Source: an uncultured Bacteroidales bacterium (GTDB lineage Bacteria; Bacteroidota; Bacteroidia; Bacteroidales; WCHB1-69). Taken from it: a stretch of DNA of 64,000 bases. Positions 29,466 to 39,685 of this stretch are shown one piece after another. Location of the stretch: contig ONCM01000002.1 of the NCBI GenBank assembly GCA_900316305.1, forward strand, positions 37,967 to 101,966, written 5' to 3'. The translations under genes were made by a program, and so were the position numbers. Position 1 is the stretch's first letter. Every line of letters starts with the position of its first letter. The notes under the pieces were generated by a model. It was not told the origin of the DNA. It saw nothing but the letters and a program-made list of their open reading frames with translations, and did not search any database.

Positions 29466-29867
29466 ATGAGAACTACAGCATTGATAGAAAAGGGGAAGGA
29501 TGGGCAATACACCATCTATACACCGGACATGCAATCCACCATTATCGGGACTGGTGATACAGTGCCCGAAGCCAAAGCTGATTTTGAGAATACAATGAAA
29601 GAAGTTCTGGAAACCTATGAAGAGACAGGGGAACCAATTCCTGAAGAGTTGAAAAACATCACATTCGAGTACAAATACGACCTCCCGTCGTTCTTACACT
29701 GCTACAACTACCTTAATATGACCAAATTGGCCGATCGGGCGGGTATCAACCCATCGTTGATGCGCCAGTACAAAAGAGGACAGTATGTATCGGAGAAGCA
29801 GGCATCGAAGATACAGGAGGCCGTTCACAAAATCGGTCGTGAGTTGCTGGCAATGCGGTTGGTGTAG
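29466..29867 (+). CDS. hicB: HicB-family antitoxin with C-terminal HTH
   Basis: ATG at 29466 (MRTTALIEKGKDGQYTIYTPDM). Has an EAKADFENTMKEVLE block and a C-terminal HTH-like LADRAGINPSLMRQYKRGQ. Confidence 0.7.
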   Translation: MRTTALIEKGKDGQYTIYTPDMQSTIIGTGDTVPEAKADFENTMKEVLETYEETGEPIPEELKNITFEYKYDLPSFLHCYNYLNMTKLADRAGINPSLMRQYKRGQYVSEKQASKIQEAVHKIGRELLAMRLV

Positions 29868-29910
29868 TTAGAAGTTAGAAGTTAGTAGTTAGTAGTTAGC
29901 AGTTAGTAGG
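29865..29910. repeat. TTAGAAG/TTAGTAG/TTAGCAG heptamer repeat beginning at the stop codon
   Basis: tagttagaagttagaagttagtagttagtagttagcagttagtagg. Confidence 0.9.
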
Positions 29911-30013
29911 CAGCGCTTCCCTGTATCGCAAAATCTGAAACTGCTAATTACTAATTGCCAACTGTTTCAATGAGCCTTGAAACCTGAGCCTTGAAACTTG
30001 AAACAATTCAACA

Positions 30014-30040
30014 TAAAAAAAGGGAGCCATTCCGACTCCC
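30014..30040 (-). terminator. rho-independent terminator of kbl
   Basis: On the gene strand: GGGAGtcggaatggCTCCC followed by ttttttt. The stem resembles the GH92 terminator at 14293. Confidence 0.75.
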
Positions 30041-30073
30041 TATAACTACTAATTTCTAACTACTAACTGCTAA

Positions 30074-31264
30074 CTATTTCAGCACGCCGAGTTCCTTGCC
30101 GATTTTGGTGAAGGCGGCGATGCACTTGTCGAGGTGCTCGGGCTCGTGGGCGGCGGAAATCTGCACGCGGATACGGGCCTGGTCTTTCGGCACCACAGGA
30201 TAGTAGAAACCGGTGACGTAGATGCCTTCCTCTTGCAGTTTGGCGGCCATCACCTGTGACAGTTTGGCGTCATACAGCATCACGGCGCAGATAGCAGACT
30301 CGGTCGGCTTGATGTCGAAACCGGCAGCTTTCATCTTGGCGACGAAATACTCGGTGTTGCTGTGCAGTTTGTCTTGCAACTCGTTGGTCTCGGACATGAT
30401 ATCGACCATCTTGCAGCCTGCTGCAGCCACCATCGGAGGGATGGAGTTGGAGAACAGGTACGGACGGGAACGTTGACGCAGCATGTCGATAATCTCCTTC
30501 TTACCGGTGGTGAAACCGCCGATAGCGCCGCCGAAGGCCTTGCCAAGGGTACCGGTGAGGATTTCGATCTTGCCACGCAGGTTGTAACGCTCGGTCACGC
30601 CGCGACCGGTGTTGCCCACCACGCCGGCTGAGTGTGATTCGTCAACCATGACCATGGCATCGTATTTCTGAGCCAGCTCGTAAATCTTATCCAGCGGACA
30701 AACGTTGCCGTCCATGCTGAACACACCGTCGGTGACGATGATGCGGAAGCGCTGAGCCTGAGCGGCTTTCAGTTGCTCCTCGAGGTCAGCCATGTCGGCG
30801 TTTTTGTAACGATAACGGACAGCCTTGCAGAGGCGTACGCCGTCGATGATGGAGGCGTGGTTGAGGGCGTCGGAGATGATGGCGTCTTGGTCGGTGAGCA
30901 GGGGCTCGAAGACACCGCCGTTGGCGTCGAAGCAAGCAGCGTAGAGGATGGTGTCCTCAGTGCCGAAGAATTCAGCGATCTTCTTCTCCAAAGCCTTGTG
31001 CAGGTCGGAGCAGCCGCAGATGAAACGCACGGAGGCCATGCCGTAGCCATGGGTGTCGAGGGCTTCCTTGGCGGCAGCGATCAGACGCTTGTCGTTGGCG
31101 AGGCCCAGATAGTTGTTGGCGCAGAAGTTCAGCACCTTGCTGCCGTCCTGCAGTGTAATCTCACCGCTCTGCGGAGAAGCGATGATGCGTTCGTTCTTGT
31201 ATAAGCCGGCTTCCTTGATGTCGGCCAGTTCCTTCTGAAGATGTTGTTGGAAATTGGTGTACAT
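30074..31264 (-). CDS. kbl: glycine C-acetyltransferase (2-amino-3-ketobutyrate CoA ligase)
   Basis: 396 aa. NFCANNYLGL, VMVDESHSAG and the PLP-lysine block GTLGKAFGG. A -7 box caaaagta lies at 31333-31340. Confidence 0.9.
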   Translation of the reverse strand: MYTNFQQHLQKELADIKEAGLYKNERIIASPQSGEITLQDGSKVLNFCANNYLGLANDKRLIAAAKEALDTHGYGMASVRFICGCSDLHKALEKKIAEFFGTEDTILYAACFDANGGVFEPLLTDQDAIISDALNHASIIDGVRLCKAVRYRYKNADMADLEEQLKAAQAQRFRIIVTDGVFSMDGNVCPLDKIYELAQKYDAMVMVDESHSAGVVGNTGRGVTERYNLRGKIEILTGTLGKAFGGAIGGFTTGKKEIIDMLRQRSRPYLFSNSIPPMVAAAGCKMVDIMSETNELQDKLHSNTEYFVAKMKAAGFDIKPTESAICAVMLYDAKLSQVMAAKLQEEGIYVTGFYYPVVPKDQARIRVQISAAHEPEHLDKCIAAFTKIGKELGVLK

Positions 31265-31503
31265 ACTTTATGGTTTATAGTTTACTGTTTACTGTTTACC
31301 GTTTAGGGTTTAACGTCCCTTATTTGCGGTGGCAAAAGTACAATTTTTTTGTCCACATAATCGCAGTGGCGAAAATTTTTTCGCCACTACAAACATCATT
31401 CATCGCATCTTCTTCGTTCTTCATCGTCCCATTCATCGTTCTTCATCGCATCATCTATTCATCTTGTCATCTTGTCATCTTGTCATCTAATCATCTAATC
31501 ATC

Positions 31504-34500
31504 TTATTGTCGCTGCCGCACCGTCACCCTTGTACCGCCGCCTTGCGCACGCCATTCCGGTGCGTACATGCATTCCACGGTGGTCGCACCGGCGGAAAAG
31601 TCGCCGGACTGAGTGGCGAAAACGTCGTATTCCAAAACGATGGTGCCTTGCGGAAACTTGTTGAAGAAGAAGCAGACGGAGGCATCTCGCGGACTTTCGA
31701 CCCACCACGTGCCGCCTTGATAGCCGTTGCGCTCATGGATGTTGACGGGCTCGAAGGCCGCCGCACGCGGGTCCTTCACCTGCACGTACTCTAAATCGCG
31801 GTCGCTAGTGACGACGATTTTCACCGTGATGCGCTCGCCCAAACGGACGGGATTGTCGGCGGTCACTGGTGCGGAGGTTTTCCCGTCGCCGACTGCCGGC
31901 TGGTGGTAGAGCGTGCGACGCACCGAGAGTCCGTTACCTGTAGCCTCCACTTGGTCGGGAACCTCCAAATACTGCCAGTAAGCCGCCCCGAAGGTCGGGT
32001 GTGTGCTGTCGGTGCGTATGGTGATGTCGGCCAAGGTCGGGGTCATAGCCTCCTGATTCCAAACCCGTTGCAGGTATCCGGTGCCGGCCTCCGCAGGACC
32101 GTCCGTGATCACCGTCTCCCCTACCTTGACCGTCGTGGCGGCTGGGGCTAACAGATCCTGCGGTGCGTTGAGCAGCAGCGCATAGACAGCCTCCGCCGTG
32201 GCTTTCGTGTTGCTCCAGCGGTTACTCTCTTTCTGCATTAGCAGCCATTGCTTCATCATCGTCAGCTCGTCCTCGCGGGGCGCAATTTCGGTGAATGCCT
32301 CGATCAGCAACGCCTGCCGCTCTATTGGTGCCTCGTACCAGCGGTAGTAGTAACCACTGTACTCCTTACGCCAGTACATGCCCTTGTCACGGTCAAGGAC
32401 AGCTTGTTGGCGAATGCGTTCCATGATGTGCTGTGCTTCGAGCTTGCCGTATTTGTCGCCAGTGCGATAGAGAACCAAAGCCACTTCCGCCTGACGGGTG
32501 AACTTTTCCCTTTCCAAATCCTCCGTCATCAGTGTCATCAAATTCTGCACGTAAGGTTTTGAAAACCAGATAGAATCGAATGGCGCAAACGACCGCATGT
32601 ACAGATAATGGATGTCCTCGTTTGTAATATAGAATAGCGCTTGGGGGTCCTTTTCCAATCTTTTCTGATAATTTTGATAACGCTCTTCCTGATAGCGGTC
32701 GGCGGCGCGAATAGCCTTCTGCAACATCTTGTCGGCCTGCGGAATCTCCACCCCGAACCGTTGCAGCTTGTAGAAGCCCGCCACAATGTGGTCGGTAATG
32801 TACGGGGAGTAGCTCACACGTCCATACCAGTCCCAACCACCGTCTGACAACTGGTTGTGCAGCAGTTTGTTGAGACTTTTATCCAACTGCTGTTGCAGGT
32901 TCTCGTCAGCGAAGAGCTTGGCGGTCGCTATACGTTGTTGCGACTCGTTCTGCGCGGTTTTCAGCCACGGAGTTTCCTCCAAAAGCATGCTTTGCAACGA
33001 CTCGTTCTTGAACAACGGGGAGGCCAACGCTTGGTTCACCGTGTCAGCAAGCCAGCTGTCGAACACCTCGCGAAGTCCAGTGCTCTGGGTTATGGCGTGC
33101 TGCACGGTGGCCGCTGCAAACAACTTGCTGAAGGTCTGTTCGTTGCAGTCGTAGGGATAGCGCATGAGGTAGGGTAGGGCACGGATAGCGAGCCACGCGG
33201 GGTTGGTCGTCACCTCCACGGTATAGCTCAGCGGCTGCATTGTGGGCGTGGCGTGCGTGCGGTAGCGGTTGAAAACAAGGGTGGTATCCGTGTTGGCAGG
33301 CACCACGAATGGACAGGATTCCGTCACTAATATCTTATTGGGCAAAATGGGCAGGAGGCGTTCCTCGCCGTCGCCGTAGTTGCCGGCGCGGGCCACCATC
33401 CGGTAGCCGATGGCAGGGATGCCCTCGGGAACGATAATGCGGAACTGGACAGATTTGGAGGCGCCGGCGGGAACGGAGAATTGGGATTTCCCGTCTGTAG
33501 AGACGCGCCATGGCACGTCTCTACCGTCATCGTTAATTACCATTTCCACGGGTTGTCCATCCTCCGCATTGAAAAATTCCACCGTCACCGTGCCATCCAA
33601 TTCCGTATCGCTGCGGTTGGTAACCTTGGCGCGGAGGGTGATGGTATCGCCCTCGCGGAAAAAGCGCGGCATGTTGGTCTGCAGCATCAGCGTGCGACGG
33701 CTTTGCAACAGGGTGGTTATGCTGACTTTACGCATGTTCTTGCCATGCCCGAAAGCGTAAAACTCCCAGCCCGTATATTGGTCGGGAAGCGTGAAATCGA
33801 TATGCACGCGACCGCTGTCATCGGGATGGAGATTCGGGTAGAAGAAGGCGGTTTCCACGAAATTGCTGCGCGGGGTCACGTCAGGCGAGAGGGTCGGATT
33901 CTCAACCGTTTCAGGTTCTGGGAAACCGGGCCCTGCACCACCACCGGAGCTCACTCTCACGCCATCTATAATGGTTTGCTGCCCGTCGCTGCGGTTGCCG
34001 CGCACGGCGGTCATCTCCCCATCCACTGAGGAGACTCCCTCTAAACTAGCCAAAGCCTCCGCCACGGAACGACCGGCTGTTGTGCGGATGTTTTCTCCGG
34101 ACAGTCGAGCCATGCTGGGTGTCATGTCCATGCTAAACACCGGTGGCTCCCATTCGACAACCGTCTCCGTAAGATTAGCAGATCCAGAACGGGTGATATA
34201 GAGGTAGGGTCGTATGCCCTCATATCGCAAAGTGGTTTTGGTAGCGGTTCCCTTGTTGTAACGGGAGAAAACGCTGTAGGCGTCCGACAAATCATAGCAC
34301 CGTGCGGGAGGCGGAAAATAAATGTTGTAGTATTTCTTGGCGTATTTGCGTGGGATTTTGACCTTTTGAGGATAGTAATTCTGCCCATAATCGGCCTTGC
34401 GCATCCCTAACTCATAGAGACTGCCGTCAATCATCCAGGCCAGCATCTCCGCCTGTTGCAACGCCTTCCCCTCTCCGTCGGTGAGGGTGATTTCCCAGTG

Positions 34501-37500
34501 TTCTTTGCTGCCGGGTTCCGATACCTTGCGATAATGCGTCAACTGAGCATTCATGAAGATTTTCTCATAACGCTTCAACAGCTCCCGGTATGCGTTGGTG
34601 TCGGGTGGGATGATCGTGTCGCAGGTGACGCTGTAAAGTTGATCGTCCTTCACGATGCGGGCGCAGAAACTGAGGTTTCGTTTGTCGCTCCGGCGCGTCT
34701 TCACCGAAACACTCTTCTGCTCACGGTCGAGCGGGATGCGCAGGGTCTTGATCCGCCGTTTCCCCTGATAGACATCGCAAATCATGATCGCATTGCGCAG
34801 ACAACTTCCAACGCTGATCGTCAGCGGTTTACCAGCTTCTTGTGGGACGGAGGAGAACACCGCACGTATCGGCTGGTAGGTGCGAAAGTCTGTGGCATCA
34901 GAACGGTTCACCGTGAAATATCGTACTACCGTCTCCGTCTTCCCCGCCTTGTCAACACATTCTGCCAATAATCTGTAGTTTCCTGCTTCCCAGTTTTTTA
35001 CATTTATCTTCAAGATGGAATCCTGCCCCAACAGCTCTTCACTTTTATATACCGTATCGATGACCGGCCAATTGTTCGGATAATTGAAATCTGGGTCGAA
35101 AGTGAGGTGCGGGAACACCTGCGCATACTCCTCCTCACTGTGGAGCGGCCTCCAGAAGAGCGGCTTACGTTTAAATGCCGGAATCCGGTACTCCTCAGGT
35201 GTCTGCAGGCGCATCACGGTAATCCGGAATGGGACAGACTGCACGATATCAAGATTGTTGACCGCCTTTACGACCCAACTGGCCGTATCGCCCATCGCCA
35301 AGTCAATATCATCCTTCTTGGAAACACTGACATACAGCAACTTGTTAGGAATCCAAACCGAACTCTTGTCACTATGGGTTTCGCCGTTTAAATCGGTGAC
35401 GATGGCCTCGATATCCAGCATGCAAGATATGGGACCGAGCGGATAACGGAACTCGAAACGGCCGTCCCGCTCCGTAAATACCTCAATCTGACTGCTTTGG
35501 GATTCGCCTCGCATCTGTACATGCAACGCGACTGCTGCGTTGGCAATCGGCAAACCGTTGAGGGCGGTCACTGTGCCGTGGATGGTAAGCGAGTCGCCGG
35601 CGGCCACCTGCTGCGAGTCGGGTTCCAACTTCACCTTGAAAGTGGGGAGTTTGTACTCGGCCACCTCGATTCGCTGACTTTCGGGCCATATTCTGCGGTG
35701 TTTGTACCCTCTTTCCTCGTCTTTTCCAGAATATACGGTTAAGGTGTATTTGTCCACTATTTGTGGCAAGTGGAACTCCCCAGAGACACTCCCGTATTCG
35801 GAGGTGATGAGCTGTAGTGTATCGGAAGAGTTGGATTTGCTGCCCTTAAGGACGGCAATAACCGGCATATTCTTGACAGCCTTGCCATTTTTGGACAGCA
35901 CGTATTTGAAATGAACCGTCTGTCCCGGACGGTACAAGGTCCTGTCGGTGAAAAGCTGCGGATAATAGTAATTGGAGAAAATATGGTGGCGATAATGACG
36001 ACGATTAGATGAAGGCTCCGCCTCCTCTTCTACTTCGTACTCCACCTTATTATCAAGGATAGAATAATTTGTACCCCAAAACATAATAAAACCGCCCAAA
36101 AGGTTGTCTGTATAGTGTATTTCTCCAAAACGGTTGGTGTATAGTGCGTGCGGACAATCTGTCTTGACCCGCATCTTGCGGAGAGGCTCACCGGTGCGCC
36201 GGTCGTTGACAGCCAAATATTTCTTGTTGACAGCGTTCCAATTGGCGATTTTGAGGCGGGTGACACGGAATTCTGCGGTCATCAGCAGTCCGGCCTCATC
36301 CAGTTCGGGACGCGTGTGGAAACAGAACAGATAGCTCCCGACGGGCAGGGAGTCCATCCAGAGTTCCGTAGTGGAAAAACGGCTTTGATCTTTGACATCC
36401 AAGTCAAAACGCTGAATGTGGAGCGGCGAAGTCGTGAGCAAATCGGGATACATCTTAAGGAGCGAGACATATTCCTCTTTGCTTCCGGCATCAGAACCAT
36501 TCCAAAAGCGAAAGCGGGAATTGGGATAAACGCTAACATAGAGGTTTTCCAGATTCCGATACTGCACGGGGATGCGTAGTTTGTGGCCGAGGGTCAGGTC
36601 GGTGGGAGCATCGAAAAGCGAGAGGGAGGGGAGGGTGAGTGCTTCGATATAGTAGGCGGCATTTTGCGCATACATCTTCAGGAGGGCATTGGCGTATGGT
36701 TCTGTGCCGCACTGTTTTAGCACTTTCTCGAAATAGCCTAACGCACGGTTTTTGTATCCGGTGACGCGGTCGGCAATCTGGTCGGCGGCAGCGAGCAGTA
36801 GTCCGCGCTCGTAGTCGAAGGCGATGTCTGGACCGTAAGCGTTCTCCAATGAGTCGAGCAGCTTCCATGCGGCTGAAGCATTCACATCTTCTTCGATATC
36901 TGGATAACGGAAATGTAGTCGTTGTATCTCGTAATCTATCAGAATGTTACGTTCCTTATGAGCGGTCATGGCTTCGTCAATCAGCCCGATGGCCAATTCA
37001 GGTTCCTTGTCGCCTACCATGCGGATGCAGCTTTGGTAGAGCACATCATTGAGGGTCGGCCGTAGGAAGCGCATCTCCAGCTCGTTGGTGAGCAGGAAGT
37101 CCCAGCGGTGCGTGAGGATGGGTACGTCGCGGGGCATCGCGTCGAAGCAGGCGAAATAGTGCTTCTTTGCAACTTTGCGGTAGTTTTCCGCCGACCATTC
37201 CTCCATATTCTGGAAGCAGGCATTGTGCAGGGTAGCCGCGTCGGGGTCGAGAGGTTTCGTCGGGTACAGCATCATCCCGATAAGATAGTGGTAGAGACAC
37301 TGGTATAGGGTGCTGTCCGGATCGCCCCAGCAGGCAGCGTCGTTGCGCCGCCGTAGCGAGTCGAGCCAGATCACCGACTCTTGCACGGTCTGGTTCTGAT
37401 ACAATCGGTCGAACATCAACCGTTTGTAGTTCACGATGAAGAGGTGGTAGGCGTTGTGCTCCGCTTCGGCCTTCCACCCGATGGTGTCGAGCATCGAGCG

Positions 37501-37653
37501 TTGGTCGCGCACGTAATACTCCCGGATGTCGTCGTACAGCGTCCACAAATGGTCGAAAGAGCGCTCGTCGGGACGCTGGGCGTGGGACGTGATGGTTAGG
37601 CCCGCGAATATTACGAGCAATAATAATCTGGAAATGTGACGGTTACCTCTCAT
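31504..37653 (-). CDS. alpha-2-macroglobulin family protein (very large, ~2050 aa)
   Basis: ATG at 37653 gives MRGNRHISRLLLLVIFAGLTITSHAQ. Thioester-type CxEQ motif YPYDCNEQTF. Macroglobulin-like repeats run throughout. Confidence 0.85.
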   Translation of the reverse strand: MRGNRHISRLLLLVIFAGLTITSHAQRPDERSFDHLWTLYDDIREYYVRDQRSMLDTIGWKAEAEHNAYHLFIVNYKRLMFDRLYQNQTVQESVIWLDSLRRRNDAACWGDPDSTLYQCLYHYLIGMMLYPTKPLDPDAATLHNACFQNMEEWSAENYRKVAKKHYFACFDAMPRDVPILTHRWDFLLTNELEMRFLRPTLNDVLYQSCIRMVGDKEPELAIGLIDEAMTAHKERNILIDYEIQRLHFRYPDIEEDVNASAAWKLLDSLENAYGPDIAFDYERGLLLAAADQIADRVTGYKNRALGYFEKVLKQCGTEPYANALLKMYAQNAAYYIEALTLPSLSLFDAPTDLTLGHKLRIPVQYRNLENLYVSVYPNSRFRFWNGSDAGSKEEYVSLLKMYPDLLTTSPLHIQRFDLDVKDQSRFSTTELWMDSLPVGSYLFCFHTRPELDEAGLLMTAEFRVTRLKIANWNAVNKKYLAVNDRRTGEPLRKMRVKTDCPHALYTNRFGEIHYTDNLLGGFIMFWGTNYSILDNKVEYEVEEEAEPSSNRRHYRHHIFSNYYYPQLFTDRTLYRPGQTVHFKYVLSKNGKAVKNMPVIAVLKGSKSNSSDTLQLITSEYGSVSGEFHLPQIVDKYTLTVYSGKDEERGYKHRRIWPESQRIEVAEYKLPTFKVKLEPDSQQVAAGDSLTIHGTVTALNGLPIANAAVALHVQMRGESQSSQIEVFTERDGRFEFRYPLGPISCMLDIEAIVTDLNGETHSDKSSVWIPNKLLYVSVSKKDDIDLAMGDTASWVVKAVNNLDIVQSVPFRITVMRLQTPEEYRIPAFKRKPLFWRPLHSEEEYAQVFPHLTFDPDFNYPNNWPVIDTVYKSEELLGQDSILKINVKNWEAGNYRLLAECVDKAGKTETVVRYFTVNRSDATDFRTYQPIRAVFSSVPQEAGKPLTISVGSCLRNAIMICDVYQGKRRIKTLRIPLDREQKSVSVKTRRSDKRNLSFCARIVKDDQLYSVTCDTIIPPDTNAYRELLKRYEKIFMNAQLTHYRKVSEPGSKEHWEITLTDGEGKALQQAEMLAWMIDGSLYELGMRKADYGQNYYPQKVKIPRKYAKKYYNIYFPPPARCYDLSDAYSVFSRYNKGTATKTTLRYEGIRPYLYITRSGSANLTETVVEWEPPVFSMDMTPSMARLSGENIRTTAGRSVAEALASLEGVSSVDGEMTAVRGNRSDGQQTIIDGVRVSSGGGAGPGFPEPETVENPTLSPDVTPRSNFVETAFFYPNLHPDDSGRVHIDFTLPDQYTGWEFYAFGHGKNMRKVSITTLLQSRRTLMLQTNMPRFFREGDTITLRAKVTNRSDTELDGTVTVEFFNAEDGQPVEMVINDDGRDVPWRVSTDGKSQFSVPAGASKSVQFRIIVPEGIPAIGYRMVARAGNYGDGEERLLPILPNKILVTESCPFVVPANTDTTLVFNRYRTHATPTMQPLSYTVEVTTNPAWLAIRALPYLMRYPYDCNEQTFSKLFAAATVQHAITQSTGLREVFDSWLADTVNQALASPLFKNESLQSMLLEETPWLKTAQNESQQRIATAKLFADENLQQQLDKSLNKLLHNQLSDGGWDWYGRVSYSPYITDHIVAGFYKLQRFGVEIPQADKMLQKAIRAADRYQEERYQNYQKRLEKDPQALFYITNEDIHYLYMRSFAPFDSIWFSKPYVQNLMTLMTEDLEREKFTRQAEVALVLYRTGDKYGKLEAQHIMERIRQQAVLDRDKGMYWRKEYSGYYYRWYEAPIERQALLIEAFTEIAPREDELTMMKQWLLMQKESNRWSNTKATAEAVYALLLNAPQDLLAPAATTVKVGETVITDGPAEAGTGYLQRVWNQEAMTPTLADITIRTDSTHPTFGAAYWQYLEVPDQVEATGNGLSVRRTLYHQPAVGDGKTSAPVTADNPVRLGERITVKIVVTSDRDLEYVQVKDPRAAAFEPVNIHERNGYQGGTWWVESPRDASVCFFFNKFPQGTIVLEYDVFATQSGDFSAGATTVECMYAPEWRAQGGGTRVTVRQRQ
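33497..33524. repeat. 28-bp palindrome family member located inside the A2M coding sequence
   Basis: gtagagacgcgccatggcacgtctctac, with one arm mismatch. It is translated as part of ...DGRDVPWRVSTDG... Confidence 0.7.
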
Positions 37654-37797
37654 GATCGTTTTTTGCGAATACAATTTATATAATGATGCAAAAAATCCAA
37701 ATGGTTGCACATTGTTGATGTTTTTTTGTCGCTGTACCATTCCGCAGCCGACGATAGGAGGCGGCGGAATCTCGGACTCGCAAGAGAATACATTTCT

Positions 37798-38118
37798 CTA
37801 CGCCACGGTGACGGCCGTCCCTGATGCGGTGACCATCAGCATGCCGTTGTTCTGGCCGAGCACCTCATAGTCGAGGTCGATGCCGACCACGGCGTTAGCG
37901 CCCTTCTCCATGGCACGCTGTTCCAATTCTCGAAGCGCGGCTTCACGGGCATTCGTCAGCTCGTCCTCGTATGAGCTTGAGCGGCCGCCTACAATATTGC
38001 GGACTCCTGCGAAGAAATCCCTCACGAAGTTTACGCCGGCAATCACCTCGCCGAACACGACGCCGTGATAGTTCACAATCTGTTTACCTTCAATGGTTGG
38101 TGTGGTGGTTAAAATCAT
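37798..38118 (-). CDS. YbjQ/UPF0145 family protein
   Basis: ATG at 38118 ([12 protein letters not shown]...). [10 protein letters not shown]...[12 protein letters not shown] is typical of YbjQ_1. A -7 box caaaaata lies at 38144-38151. Confidence 0.75.
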   Translation of the reverse strand: MILTTTPTIEGKQIVNYHGVVFGEVIAGVNFVRDFFAGVRNIVGGRSSSYEDELTNAREAALRELEQRAMEKGANAVVGIDLDYEVLGQNNGMLMVTASGTAVTVA

Positions 38119-38206
38119 AATGGTGAAATTTTGAATGAATGCGCAAAAATACAATTTTAATGGTTATGGGTTATGGGTTATAGGTTATAGGTTATAGGTT
38201 ATTGAA

Positions 38207-38250
38207 GTAGAGCCGTTATATTATGGCGGCTCTATTTATTACGGCTCTAC
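38207..38250. repeat. palindrome family member (GTAGAGCCG...CGGCTCTAC, with duplicated right arm); likely terminator of the efflux operon
   Basis: gtagagccgttatattatggcggctctatttattacggctctac lies 4 nt downstream of the TolC stop. Confidence 0.65.
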
Positions 38251-38253
38251 GAG

Positions 38254-39654
38254 TTATTCGCCCGCTAATAGCTCCAGCAACCGCACTTGATACAAGAACT
38301 CGCACTTCGCCTGCGCGAGGTTGGCGGCGGACTGCAGGTAGTTGTTCTTCGCCTCGTTGAAGGCGGTGCCGGTGGATTTGCCGGCTTCGTACAAGGCGGT
38401 TTCCAAATCGAAGGCCTCCTTCGCACTGATTTCCGCTGCCTGACTGCTGGCATACTTGTCCTTGGAGGCTACCGCGTTGAAGTAGGCCTGCTGGATCTCC
38501 TTATACAAGGTTTTCTTCACGTTTTCAGTCTGTATCTGTTGGCTTTCGAGCTGCAATTTGGCCATTTTTACGTTGTTGCGGGTCTCCAAACGGTCGAAAA
38601 TCGGGATATTGAGCGAAACACCTACATACGGACTGAAGTTGTCGCGCAGCTGCTCGCCGAAGCCCTTGGAGGTGCGTCCTAACAGCGCGTAGTAGTCGGT
38701 GACCAGACCTCCGTTCATCGTCAGCGTTGGCCACCAGCCGCCCTTGGCGAGGGCGATGTTGGTCTTCGCGTAGTCGGTGCGGATCTCTTCGGCCCTCACC
38801 GCCGCACGATGTTGCAACGCCTCTTGGAAGATTTGCTCCGGGGTCGGCAACTCGACAGGCGGGGCGGTCTCAAGTACCGGCTCCGCAATGACGAACCCTA
38901 TGGGTGACTCCAACTCCAACAGCTGGGTCATGTCCAACGTGGCCGCCAGCAAACTGTTGTGCGCCTGCGTGTAGGTGAGGCGGCTCTGCGCGAGGGTTGA
39001 TTTGCGCGCAGAGACCTCTGCCGGCCCGATCTTGCCCAGCTCGTAGAGGGCGGTCAACCGCTCCACCTGCGCCGAGTCGATGGCGATCTGCAGCTTCGCG
39101 ACCTCGCAGACCTCCATCTGGTAGAGAATTTGCATGTAGGCCTGCGTTACCGCGATGCGGATGTCCTCTTTGGCTTTGTCGCAGTCGGCGGCGGCAGCCT
39201 CTAGGTTTAGTTTCCCCATCTCGATGTTGTTCTTCACACGCAAACCCGTGAACAGGTTCATGGTGCCGCCCAACCCGAAGGAGGTGTTGGCGGTGTTGGA
39301 ACTCACATAGGTGTTGTACTCGGATAGTCCCCTGCCGAAGGAGAAGTTCTGCGACGCGTTCACCTGCACTGTCGGCCATACGCTGTTCTTGGCCGTGTTC
39401 AGCTCCACCTCCCGCTGCGACTTCATTATCTCGCTCTGCTTGACTGTCAGATTGTGGTCGATGGCATACTGGATGCACGCGTCGAGGGTCCAAGGGGACT
39501 GCGTGGTGGTCTGGGCGGTTGCGAGAGACATACATGCTGTCATGATGGCCACCAAGCCCCACACTGCGCTCCGCTGGTGTGGGGTTAATTGCGCTTCGCG
39601 CGTCTTGCCCCTCCGGGGCTGCTTAAGGAAGTTGTATATCATATATGCAGGCAT
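38254..39654 (-). CDS. TolC-family outer-membrane efflux protein (start uncertain)
   Basis: Two OEP-type repeats. The maximal ORF starts at 39654, but its 5' ~100 nt is the two-hairpin repeat. Alternative starts are GTG 39564 (MWGLVAIMTACMSLATAQ) and ATG 39543. Confidence 0.8.
   Translation of the reverse strand: MPAYMIYNFLKQPRRGKTREAQLTPHQRSAVWGLVAIMTACMSLATAQTTTQSPWTLDACIQYAIDHNLTVKQSEIMKSQREVELNTAKNSVWPTVQVNASQNFSFGRGLSEYNTYVSSNTANTSFGLGGTMNLFTGLRVKNNIEMGKLNLEAAAADCDKAKEDIRIAVTQAYMQILYQMEVCEVAKLQIAIDSAQVERLTALYELGKIGPAEVSARKSTLAQSRLTYTQAHNSLLAATLDMTQLLELESPIGFVIAEPVLETAPPVELPTPEQIFQEALQHRAAVRAEEIRTDYAKTNIALAKGGWWPTLTMNGGLVTDYYALLGRTSKGFGEQLRDNFSPYVGVSLNIPIFDRLETRNNVKMAKLQLESQQIQTENVKKTLYKEIQQAYFNAVASKDKYASSQAAEISAKEAFDLETALYEAGKSTGTAFNEAKNNYLQSAANLAQAKCEFLYQVRLLELLAGE
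39557..39628 (-). repeat. two-hairpin intercistronic element, copy B
   Basis: ccccacactgcgctccgctggtgtgggg, then ttaattgcgcttcgcgcgtcttGCCCCtccGGGGCtgcttaagg. Confidence 0.8.
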
Positions 39655-39685
39655 TTCGTTTTAACTGCTAACTACTAACTACTAA

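Noticed and set aside
31270-31794. 174-aa plus-strand ORF spanning the kbl-A2M intergenic repeats
   Set aside because: It is read through low-complexity CATCG/CATCTTG repeats and then runs antisense to the A2M 3' end. This is an artefact of the repeat composition.
33497-33524. Interpreting the intragenic palindrome as a recent mobile-element insertion disrupting A2M
   Set aside because: The reading frame is intact across it, and 28 nt is not a multiple of three. So it is not a simple disruptive insertion. It is kept only as a curiosity.
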